A stretch of 64,000 bases of DNA from Terriglobia bacterium (GTDB lineage Bacteria; Acidobacteriota; Terriglobia; Versatilivoradales; Versatilivoraceae), in the NCBI GenBank assembly GCA_022452285.1, contig JAKUNG010000015.1, forward strand, positions 8,482 to 72,481. The letters are read 5' to 3'. Made by a program: the position numbers and the translations under genes. The notes under the pieces were generated by a model, which did not search any database, was not told where the DNA came from, and saw only the letters and a program-made list of their open reading frames with translations. Positions within the stretch are counted from its first letter, which is position 1, and every line of letters starts with the position of its first letter. This document shows, piece after piece, positions 11,317 through 20,010 of the stretch.

Positions 11317-11450
11317 GAATTACATGAAGTTCTGTTTTCTTAAGATCTTCTGATTTTTCCACAGACCACATTGCTGGGTATAACGACGGTAATCTTTAAG
11401 TTGAAATTTTTGACGAACGAATGCTGCAGCTAGAATTGTTATTATAACCC

Positions 11451-11801
11451 ATGAAAAATTCTAGGCATTCCATTGTGTTGATTGTCATTTCCATCATCAC
11501 AAGTTTATTAATTTTCATTTTGCCGATATGTGGATTTCTTTTTCAGTGTGGCTGCACTTGGCCATGGTCTGACGGTGCTACTCACTGCAACATCCATGAT
11601 CAATTGCCACCTAATTGCCCTTGGTGTGTACATCATGGAATCTTTGGATTATTAGCAGGATCCGTAATCTTTACTTGCCAACTTTCTGTTGGTTTTGTAA
11701 TTCTGAACTGGACTGGTCGTATAGCTCTAGCATCTGCCAGTGCTGTTTTCTCGTTATTTCCGATAGCCATCATTATTGGTTGGCTTACAAAATTATTTTA
11801 G
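11451..11801 (+). CDS. Hypothetical small Cys/Trp-rich integral membrane protein
   Basis: 116 aa with three predicted TM stretches. A loop contains CGC-TWPW...HC...NCPWC. I recognise no family and see no clear SD. Confidence 0.55.
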   Translation: MKNSRHSIVLIVISIITSLLIFILPICGFLFQCGCTWPWSDGATHCNIHDQLPPNCPWCVHHGIFGLLAGSVIFTCQLSVGFVILNWTGRIALASASAVFSLFPIAIIIGWLTKLF

Positions 11802-11938
11802 ATGATTGGAAATCTTATTAGGTCTAGGTTTAAGAAAACATTCTATTAGTTATTCTGTAGAGGTTAGAAATTAAATGAAAGTATTCTCCAGCAAAACTAC
11901 GTGAAAATATTTTTTTGAATCTAAAGAAAAGAGGCTAA

Positions 11939-13105
11939 ATGGAAATGTTTTACCCTCCCAAACGTATATTGATGGGACCCGGACCTAGCGATGTAGATCC
12001 TTTAGTATTGAAGGCTATGGCTGCCCCCCTGATTGGGCACCTAGATCCAGCCTTTTTAAATTTGATGGATAACATTCAACAGCTCTTAAGAAAACTCTTT
12101 GAGACAAATAATAGACTTACACTTCCTATTTCAGCAACTGGCAGTGCTGGTATGGAAGCAGCATTTGTTAATTTAATCGAGCCTGGCGATTCAGTTACGG
12201 TTTGTGTCAACGGAGTGTTTGGTGAGCGAATGAGTGATATCGTTGTTCGGTCTGGTGGAACTTTGAGTAGGGTGGAGACCTCTTGGGGCAAGGGTCCTGA
12301 TGTCGATGCAATCAGGGAAAGCCTTCTTTTAAACCATCCCAAGATTCTTGCTGTTGTGCATGCAGAAACTTCAACTGGTGTTTTAACCCACCTTTCCAAA
12401 ATTAGAGAATTACTTAATGAATTTCCAGAGACTTTATTATTAGTTGATTGTGTTACCTCCTTAGGGGGGCATTCTGTTGGTGTTGACCAGTATCAGGTTG
12501 ATTTTGCATATGGTGGCACTCAAAAATGTTTAAGTTGTCCACCAGGTCTTGCTCCAATAACGGTATCAGATAGAGCATTGGAAGCAATTCATAGTCGTAA
12601 AAGAAAGGTGCAGAGCTGGTATCTTGATTTAAGCATGGTTGAAAATTATTGGGGGGATAACAGGACATATCATCATACCGCTCCAATATCAATGAACTAC
12701 GCACTGTATGAGTCGTTAAGGATTATTCATGAAGAGGGGTTAGAGCAGCGGTGGAATCGTCATCATAAAAATCATTTAGCATTTGTAGCAGGAATTGAAG
12801 CAATGGGGTTGGAAATGTTAGTTAAGTCAAGAGACCGATTGTGGTCGCTTAATACCGTGAAAATTCCAGATGGTATTTCAGATGGAATAGTTAGAGCTAA
12901 ACTCCTCGAAAGATTTGGCATAGAGATCGGAGGAGGATTAGGTCCTCTGAAGGACAAAATATGGCGAGTGGGCTTAATGGGCACATCATCACAGAAAAAA
13001 AATGTTTTACTATTCTTGAATGCTCTTGAAGAAATTCTTACTGAAGAGGGACTGGTGCTTGAAAAAAATGCCGGTATTACTGCTGCAGAGAGAATTTATG
13101 TTTAG
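11939..13105 (+). CDS. Class-V aminotransferase (serine-pyruvate / alanine-glyoxylate aminotransferase type)
   Basis: 388 aa. It has MGPGPSDV, SATGSAGMEAA and the PLP-Lys region GGTQKCLSCPPGLAP. Confidence 0.88.
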   Translation: MEMFYPPKRILMGPGPSDVDPLVLKAMAAPLIGHLDPAFLNLMDNIQQLLRKLFETNNRLTLPISATGSAGMEAAFVNLIEPGDSVTVCVNGVFGERMSDIVVRSGGTLSRVETSWGKGPDVDAIRESLLLNHPKILAVVHAETSTGVLTHLSKIRELLNEFPETLLLVDCVTSLGGHSVGVDQYQVDFAYGGTQKCLSCPPGLAPITVSDRALEAIHSRKRKVQSWYLDLSMVENYWGDNRTYHHTAPISMNYALYESLRIIHEEGLEQRWNRHHKNHLAFVAGIEAMGLEMLVKSRDRLWSLNTVKIPDGISDGIVRAKLLERFGIEIGGGLGPLKDKIWRVGLMGTSSQKKNVLLFLNALEEILTEEGLVLEKNAGITAAERIYV

Positions 13106-13130
13106 AATTGAATTCTCGCCTGAATAACTC

Positions 13131-14813
13131 CTACCAAACTTTGAGATCATTGTCAGTGGCTAAACTCTTCAAAAGCTCCGAATCAAACTCAAATATAGAT
13201 TCTCTATTTGCTAAATTCCAGATAGTTAAATAGATCAGCTTTGAAATTTTTTCCATTTTATTAAAGTTTATCTTTTCAGGAGTATCAGAAGTCTTGTGGT
13301 AATCCAAATGAAACCCAGTAAAGAAAAAAAGTGCTGGAATCCCTCTTTTAAAGAAAGACCATTGGTCACTTCTCTGGAAAAGTTCTATCGCTCTTAAGTC
13401 AGATTGAAATTTAAGATCTAAATTTACATGATCATTATTTTCTTTAATAATGCGTTTAAAACTGGGAACTAGACTTGTTCCCAGGACATTCAACGAGTTG
13501 TTATTAGGCATGTCTTTTTCGGAAGGTAATCCGTTAGAAAGATTAGCCTGATGATCAGCATCTCTACCTATCATATCCATTTGTAAAAATGCCACAGTCT
13601 TTTCGAGTGGTACTAAAGGATTTTCAGTGTAATATTCTGATCCTAGCAGACCTATTTCTTCTCCGGAGAATGCAGCGAAAGCAATAGATCTTCGTGGTTT
13701 AAGTTTATTGGTTTTAAAAGCTTCTACCAACTCTAATAATGCGGCAATTCCAGAGGCGTTATCGTCTGCTCCAAAAAATATCTGGTTATTGGCTCCCACA
13801 CCGATATGATCATAATGGCCTCCAATCATAACAAACTCATCTTTCAGACTCTCATCTGATCCATAAAATAATCCAATTACATTACTCCCTTGTATTGCTA
13901 ACCGATGATAGCTAGAACGAAAAAAGAACTTTCCCTTGAATTCAAAATAATGTCGAAAAACCTTTGAATTTATTTTTTGAATTAATGTAGGGAGAGTATT
14001 ATTTAAATTTCCCTCTCTAAATAATTTAGAAAATAGAGATCTAGCTGCATCGAAAGTAACTACAAAAACTGGAAAATCAACTTTCTTTATTCTTGTAGTT
14101 AGGTAGCCCCTTCCCTGATTGAAATCATTTGTTTTGTACAAAGATAGTTTTTCATTTTCCCTCAAGATAAGAATTACTCCAGTTGCCCCCTTTTTTTTTG
14201 CTGAAATTGCTTTGTTTATAGGGTCCCCATGAAGAATTTGACCTTGAAGATCGAGGTTAAGCTTCCTGTAAGGTTGAGGGAGTCCACTTAACATAACTAC
14301 TATCTTATTGTTTATATTAACTCCCTCATAATCATCGTAACCCAATTCTGGTGCTGATATCCCATAGCCTATAAACACACCAGGTTTTTTTAAGGGGCCA
14401 GTTGCCCTTCCCCATGGGGCAGCAACAACATCCCTTGTCTTAAAGGAATATGAGGTACTCTCATCTGAATCATACCGGAGCTCACTGCTGGGAGCAGATT
14501 TTGATTGGGTTATATCGAAATATTGGAGGTATTTAGAAGATTTTGAACTTGGAATTAGTCCATTCTTTTTAAAACTACAAGCAATATAATCAGCGGCTAA
14601 GTCAGCTCCAGAAGTTCCCGTTTTCCGACCTTGAAATTTCGCAGAAGCCAAAATCTTCAATTTCGTTTTAAGGTCTGTCTTATTGATTGATTGAAGACCT
14701 ATTAAAGCACTCCTGTTAACTGAGTGGGCGAATATTGAAGGTTGGAAGACAGCTAACGTAATTCCAATGGACAAGTAATGAAATAACTTATTAAAAGGTA
14801 TTGTTTTGGCCAT
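13131..14813 (-). CDS. Secreted M28-family aminopeptidase with a PA domain
   Basis: 560 aa with a signal peptide. Zn-ligand motifs are present: GGHYDHIG, DDNASGIAALLE, GEEIGLLGS and MDMIG. Confidence 0.88.
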   Translation of the reverse strand: MAKTIPFNKLFHYLSIGITLAVFQPSIFAHSVNRSALIGLQSINKTDLKTKLKILASAKFQGRKTGTSGADLAADYIACSFKKNGLIPSSKSSKYLQYFDITQSKSAPSSELRYDSDESTSYSFKTRDVVAAPWGRATGPLKKPGVFIGYGISAPELGYDDYEGVNINNKIVVMLSGLPQPYRKLNLDLQGQILHGDPINKAISAKKKGATGVILILRENEKLSLYKTNDFNQGRGYLTTRIKKVDFPVFVVTFDAARSLFSKLFREGNLNNTLPTLIQKINSKVFRHYFEFKGKFFFRSSYHRLAIQGSNVIGLFYGSDESLKDEFVMIGGHYDHIGVGANNQIFFGADDNASGIAALLELVEAFKTNKLKPRRSIAFAAFSGEEIGLLGSEYYTENPLVPLEKTVAFLQMDMIGRDADHQANLSNGLPSEKDMPNNNSLNVLGTSLVPSFKRIIKENNDHVNLDLKFQSDLRAIELFQRSDQWSFFKRGIPALFFFTGFHLDYHKTSDTPEKINFNKMEKISKLIYLTIWNLANRESIFEFDSELLKSLATDNDLKVW

Positions 14814-14870
14814 TATATTGAAAGTTACCTAATCTTAAGTAGGACCGATCTATTTATGCCAATATTATTA

Positions 14871-15461
14871 TTAACGAATATATTTTTGGTATAACTGGGG
14901 TGTGTCTATATCAATCAAAATTTGTTCTGATTGCCAATTTAAATAGGTGATTTCTTTTTGATATGTTTTTATTAAATCAAGAGCGCCGTTTTTTAATGGA
15001 GCCTCAAGTAATTCCTTAAATAGCTTCCTTCCAAAAATTACTGGATGGCCTCGCTTATTCTGAAAACTTGGAATCACAATAGGTGCTTCAGTATCACTAA
15101 ATTTTTGAAGTAGGGCATCAATCAAAACATGATCCACAAAAGGATGGTCTACTAAAAAGACCATTAACCCATCTACCCTAAGACTGGACAGCGAATTCAT
15201 GCCTTTTCTTAATGATGAAACTTGCCCTTTCTCATAATCTGAATTAATAACAGAGATTGGTTTTAGATTCGGTAAATGTTTGTGTATAGCTTTTGCATGA
15301 TATCCAACAACAATTCTGCAATCAGAGAGACCTGACTTTTCTATTTCATCCACGATGTGTTCTATAAATGTCTTTCCTCTCAAGGGTAATAATGCTTTAG
15401 GTCTTCCCATTCGTTCAGACTTGCCGCCTGCAAGGACCATTCCAACAACCGTTTTATTCAT
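14871..15461 (-). CDS. MobA/MocA-like nucleotidyltransferase (molybdenum-cofactor cytidylyl/guanylyltransferase family)
   Basis: 196 aa. The N-terminal motif MVLAGGKSERMGRPKALLPL defines the family. Confidence 0.8.
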   Translation of the reverse strand: MNKTVVGMVLAGGKSERMGRPKALLPLRGKTFIEHIVDEIEKSGLSDCRIVVGYHAKAIHKHLPNLKPISVINSDYEKGQVSSLRKGMNSLSSLRVDGLMVFLVDHPFVDHVLIDALLQKFSDTEAPIVIPSFQNKRGHPVIFGRKLFKELLEAPLKNGALDLIKTYQKEITYLNWQSEQILIDIDTPQLYQKYIR

Positions 15462-15677
15462 TGTTTCCAGTTCCTATGTAAGGCAGTGGATTAAAACGTG
15501 CATAAAAACATCTTAAATATAAGTGACTTATATTTAGGAGCTTAACTTTTTTGGAAACAGAACTATCCTTGATTACCTAGTTTGGCCTATTTCCAAAAAT
15601 GAAACTATCCTAAATTAAAATGTAGTGTGTTGTGCCATAGGTGCTAGATCTTAATATAATGAATGAAGTATTAAGAT

Positions 15678-16520
15678 TCAGATAGATGTTAAATCTCTTT
15701 GATAGGATCCAAGAATCTTAAGGTAGCTAGTCAATGCTTCTAAATCGGAAATAGCCTGTTTACATTTAACATCAGATAAATCACCAGCAAAATCAATATA
15801 AAAGAAATATTCCCATGGTTTACCATGCAACGGTCTAGATTCAATTTTATACAAGTCTATATTTCGTAGCGCAAACACCCTAATTGAACGAAAAAGGGCA
15901 CCAGGGGTATTATCAATAGAAAAAACTATTGATGTTTTATCTGAATTCTTCTTTATTTCTTCTTTTTTGGATAATAAAAGAAAACGAGTATAATTTTCAG
16001 GACTATCTTGTAACTCGTTTTTTAAGATTTTCATTTTATAAATCTCAGCAGCGAGATCACTAGCTATAGCTGCACCATCCATAATTTTCTCTTCCTTAAT
16101 TCTTTTTACGCTCCCTGCTGTATCATAAGTTGGAATAATAGATCTATTCCCTAAAGATGCAATAGTGGATTGGCATTGCATAAGGGCCTGGGGATGGGAA
16201 AATATCTTTGTTACATTAGCCAACCTAACTCCTGGATTTGCAATAAGATAATGTACAATGCGCAACTTAAGCTCTCCGACAATAAATAGCTTGTGTTTTA
16301 AAAGTAAATCATAGTTTTGGTGGATGCTACCAGCTAATGAGTTTTCAATCGGAACCACAGCAAATTCAGCATAGTTTTCCTCAACTAACTTGAAAACTAA
16401 ATCAAATGATTCATTAGGGATTAATTGGATTTTAGAAGTAAAAAATTTTTGCGCTGCAATTGTACTATAAGCACCTGGCTCACCTTGATAAGCAACCGTA
16501 ATATGTTTTTTTGCCACCAT
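15678..16520 (-). CDS. pheA: Prephenate dehydratase (PDT plus ACT domains)
   Basis: 280 aa. It has YQGEPGAYS, VPIENSLAGSI, the TRF motif and a C-terminal ACT region (SRP..G.PWEY.F..D). Confidence 0.92.
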   Translation of the reverse strand: MVAKKHITVAYQGEPGAYSTIAAQKFFTSKIQLIPNESFDLVFKLVEENYAEFAVVPIENSLAGSIHQNYDLLLKHKLFIVGELKLRIVHYLIANPGVRLANVTKIFSHPQALMQCQSTIASLGNRSIIPTYDTAGSVKRIKEEKIMDGAAIASDLAAEIYKMKILKNELQDSPENYTRFLLLSKKEEIKKNSDKTSIVFSIDNTPGALFRSIRVFALRNIDLYKIESRPLHGKPWEYFFYIDFAGDLSDVKCKQAISDLEALTSYLKILGSYQRDLTSI

Positions 16521-16745
16521 AGTTTGGGATGGAGTCAGCTCTTTTTTAGTAAGTAAGGATAAAGTAACTTATCAGAGTCTTGTTTCGATTCCAAAATCAA
16601 ATTTTATTAATACTAGTTTCAGCTTGAATTGACAAATTGTACTGGTCTATTCAACAATAGAATTAAATCAGGATATTTTATTGCATACTAATAGATCTTT
16701 AACTCTTCATTTTGCTGATTTAAATTCAAGTAATACTCATTTCCT

Positions 16746-18080
16746 ATGAAAATATTACCTTTTAGAGGATACCGATACAATACCCAAAAAATATCATCTT
16801 TAGATGATGTGATCTCTCCCCCTTATGACCAATTCAAAAATGACTGGGATGAACGTTTTCATGGACGTCACCCCTATAATATTTCCCATATTATCATGAA
16901 CCCAGGATCACCTGAAGATACTCGAATTAACAATAGGTACACTAGATCAAGAAAGTTGCTTAATTCATGGATGAATACGGATATATTTATTAGAGATGAT
17001 CAGCCTTGTCTTTATGCATATTATCAAGAATATCGCACTCTTAATGGAGAATATCTCACTAGAAAGGGTATCGTAGCACTTGGTGAGGTTACGAATTATT
17101 CCCAGGAAATTGTATTTCCCCACGAACAAACTTTAACTAAGCCTAAGGAAGACCGACTTAACCACTTGCGCTCTACACTGTTAGACTCTGGCCTAATCTT
17201 TATGTTGTATTCAGATCCAACTGGTAAAATAGAAGAGGAAATTGATCAGTTAGTTACAGAATCAGCTAGCTGGAGCGCTAAGAGTGATGATTCCTGCAAA
17301 AATAAAATTTGGAAGATCTCAGACCCCGATAGCATTGTTAGGATACAAAAATTACTCCAAGACAAGTCTGTTATTATCGCTGATGGGCATCATCGTTATG
17401 AGGTTGCCCGGGAATTCAAAAAGGAATCATCTAAGAAAGAAAACATTGATATACGGTGGAACTCCTACAGTTATAAGCTTATAAATCTTACCCGAATGGA
17501 ATCACCTGCACTTACAATACGTCCAATCCATCGCCTTTTATTTAATTTGAGAGAATTTGATGGAAAACTTTTTCTTAATAAACTGAAAAAGTTCTTCATC
17601 ATTAAGCCTATAAAACTGGATCTTACAAAGAAAGAGAAATCCCTAAATAACTTACTCTTATTATTGAAGAAAGAACAAGAAAAAGGTAGTAATACCTTTG
17701 GTGTTTTTATTCCTTCTTTAAACTTGATTGCAATTTTGTCTCTTATTCCAGATTCCACAAAATTAGTTAAATGGCCTTCAAATAAATCGCTGCTGTGGCG
17801 GAAATTAGATGTGTCAGTCTTACAAGTAATAATTTTGAATTATCTGTTAGGAATTGGGGAGGATGAGCTGGCCGAAGGAAATAAAGTTCAGTATCTCAGT
17901 AATGCTATTGAGGCATTTGACAAAGTAAATGATTTAAAGGGAGAGTGCCTTTTTTGGCTAAATGCTACGCCGATTGAAGAAGTGAAGGCCGTTGTTCACT
18001 CCAAGGATCTTTTACCTCAAAAATCTACACATTTTCACCCAAAGCTTATGGAAGGATTAATCTTTGCAAAGCATTTGTAA
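16746..18080 (+). CDS. DUF1015-family protein (function unknown)
   Basis: 444 aa. The N-terminus ILPFRGYRYN...ISPPYD and the internal ADGHHRYE are the signatures I associate with DUF1015. Confidence 0.8.
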   Translation: MKILPFRGYRYNTQKISSLDDVISPPYDQFKNDWDERFHGRHPYNISHIIMNPGSPEDTRINNRYTRSRKLLNSWMNTDIFIRDDQPCLYAYYQEYRTLNGEYLTRKGIVALGEVTNYSQEIVFPHEQTLTKPKEDRLNHLRSTLLDSGLIFMLYSDPTGKIEEEIDQLVTESASWSAKSDDSCKNKIWKISDPDSIVRIQKLLQDKSVIIADGHHRYEVAREFKKESSKKENIDIRWNSYSYKLINLTRMESPALTIRPIHRLLFNLREFDGKLFLNKLKKFFIIKPIKLDLTKKEKSLNNLLLLLKKEQEKGSNTFGVFIPSLNLIAILSLIPDSTKLVKWPSNKSLLWRKLDVSVLQVIILNYLLGIGEDELAEGNKVQYLSNAIEAFDKVNDLKGECLFWLNATPIEEVKAVVHSKDLLPQKSTHFHPKLMEGLIFAKHL

Positions 18081-18163
18081 ACCGAAAACTTTTTAAATAA
18101 CTTGATTACATTTAGCAAGAGGCAAGAAATACTGAGTTTTATTCACGATAGCTGCGGTAGTTC

Positions 18164-19210
18164 TTAGTGGATTGTCAACATTCTATCGACTGCTTTCTTG
18201 GCCCGCCGTTGAATGTCTCTTGGCACAGTGATTTCATACTGATTATGCGAAAGAGCATCTAGGGTATCTTCTAGAGTTATTTGATTCATATGAGGGCACC
18301 GAACACTGCATAGCTGGAGCATTTCCTTATCTGGGTTCTCTGCAACTATATTATCTGCCATACTACATTCAGTTAGAAGGAGATAGTTTTTAGCTTTAGA
18401 ATTTTCAACAAATCGAATTATAGCTGTAGTGCTTCCAGAAAAGTCAGCACTCTCCACCACTTCTGGACTACATTCCGGATGGGCTAAAACAAGAACCTCT
18501 GGAAACTGCTTTCTAACGTTTTCGACATCTTCCACAGTGAATTCCTCGTGAACTTCACATTTACCATGCCAACCAACAAGATGATATTCTATATTGGGAT
18601 CTTGTAATTTTTGTGGAATAGGCTTGTCGACAGGAAAAATGATGTGTTTTCCACATTCACGAGCTACGTTTTTGGCAAGATATTCATCAGGCAGAAAAAT
18701 AACCGTTTGGGAATTTAATGATTCAATAACCGCTTGGGCATTACCAGATGTACAACAAATATCACTTTCAGCCTTAACATCAGCGTAGGTATTGATATAA
18801 GTTACTACTGGAACCCCCGGGAAACGCTTCCGTAACTGTTTAACATCATTTGCTGTAATACTTGCTGCCAGAGAACATCCTGCTTCCAGGGATGGAATTA
18901 AAACTGTCTTTTCAGGATTTAATATTTTGGCAGTTTCTGCCATAAACCTCACCCCACAAAAAATAATGGGATCACATTGAGTTTGTGCTGCTTGTCGACT
19001 TAATTCGAATGAGTCGCCCTTAAAGTCTGGAATTGAGTGATAGAGCCCTGGCTCCATATAATTATGACCGAGAATTACAGCTCCACGCTCTTTCTTTAGC
19101 CGGTTGATCTTTACTGCTAGCTCGGCCTTCTGTTGAATTTCAAAATCAGGCATTATGTTCTTAAGTTTGTCTCTTAGGTTCTGATAGGTTTTTGTTTGTA
19201 TGATACTCAT
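18164..19210 (-). CDS. nadA: Quinolinate synthase A
   Basis: 348 aa. It has ILGHNYM, FCGVRFMAETAKIL, INTYADVKA and HPECSPEV, as in NadA. Confidence 0.94.
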   Translation of the reverse strand: MSIIQTKTYQNLRDKLKNIMPDFEIQQKAELAVKINRLKKERGAVILGHNYMEPGLYHSIPDFKGDSFELSRQAAQTQCDPIIFCGVRFMAETAKILNPEKTVLIPSLEAGCSLAASITANDVKQLRKRFPGVPVVTYINTYADVKAESDICCTSGNAQAVIESLNSQTVIFLPDEYLAKNVARECGKHIIFPVDKPIPQKLQDPNIEYHLVGWHGKCEVHEEFTVEDVENVRKQFPEVLVLAHPECSPEVVESADFSGSTTAIIRFVENSKAKNYLLLTECSMADNIVAENPDKEMLQLCSVRCPHMNQITLEDTLDALSHNQYEITVPRDIQRRAKKAVDRMLTIH

Positions 19211-19255
19211 AAAAACAACCTTAATTTCTAATTAAAATCACCTTGTAAAATATTA

Positions 19256-19462
19256 TTAAGATAACCGCATTAATCGATGCCATCTAGCGTATGCAACTAC
19301 ATCACGCAATCTAATGTTTTTAAAACTCTTACTACCATATGCCGTTTCTATTCTCCATTCAATGTAATTTCTTGGGGGAATTGGCAAATAGGGAAAGGAA
19401 AGATACCAATTTCTTTTTCTAAATATCCAACATATAAGAATAAGTTCAAATAAATTTGTCAT
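19256..19462 (-). CDS. Hypothetical small protein; coding status uncertain
   Basis: 68 aa ORF with an ATG start but no SD. It has a hydrophobic N-terminus and a basic, aromatic C-terminus. It is wedged between the zinc-ribbon ORF and nadA on the same strand. Confidence 0.35.
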   Translation of the reverse strand: MTNLFELILICWIFRKRNWYLSFPYLPIPPRNYIEWRIETAYGSKSFKNIRLRDVVAYARWHRLMRLS

Positions 19463-19473
19463 TGAATCTGAAA

Positions 19474-19926
19474 TTAATACAGGTTTGGTAATTTCCTAAT
19501 ATTACGAATTTCTTTTTCTTTTTTTGTTGCAAACTCAAGGTTGTATTCCTTGTGTAACGGATTAACTGGAAAATTGTAGTATTTAGTATAACAATCATAA
19601 CAGATGGTTATCTTTGAATATCTATGGGAAAGCCATTTAAACAAAAATAGTCCTATTAGCATACTAACTCCATAGGTCCAATAGGCACAACCAAGACTAA
19701 GGCCTAAATATAAGATCCCGAGTATTCTCTTTGGGTTATCACGAACAAAAAAATCCTGAGATTTACAAATGAGACAATGAATAACTACATTGGTTCTAGA
19801 CTGTCGTTCATAGGAATCCAATTCCCTGCTATCCCCACATGATGCACATTTAAAAGTTTGTATTTTTTTCCGAATAGATGATACACATTCAGTAAAACAG
19901 GTCTGGCAATAAAACCTTATATGCAT
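19474..19926 (-). CDS. Hypothetical double zinc-ribbon membrane protein
   Basis: 150 aa. It has CxxC pairs at CQTC...CASC and CLIC...CYDC, with two TM helices between the third and fourth motif. I recognise no family. Confidence 0.55.
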   Translation of the reverse strand: MHIRFYCQTCFTECVSSIRKKIQTFKCASCGDSRELDSYERQSRTNVVIHCLICKSQDFFVRDNPKRILGILYLGLSLGCAYWTYGVSMLIGLFLFKWLSHRYSKITICYDCYTKYYNFPVNPLHKEYNLEFATKKEKEIRNIRKLPNLY

Positions 19927-20010
19927 AGTAAATAAGAAGTTAACTAACTTTCTAATACTTATCCAGTGGATCTATAATTGTGAAGACCTCTTTTGCATAA
20001 CTTTTTGATT

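Noticed and set aside
19211-19473. NAD+ (nadA-motif) riboswitch in the nadA leader, instead of the 68-aa ORF
   Set aside because: I could not find the paired C-rich and G-rich segments I associate with that motif; there is one CCCCC run with no complementary G-run. My recollection of the consensus is imperfect, so a cmscan would settle it.
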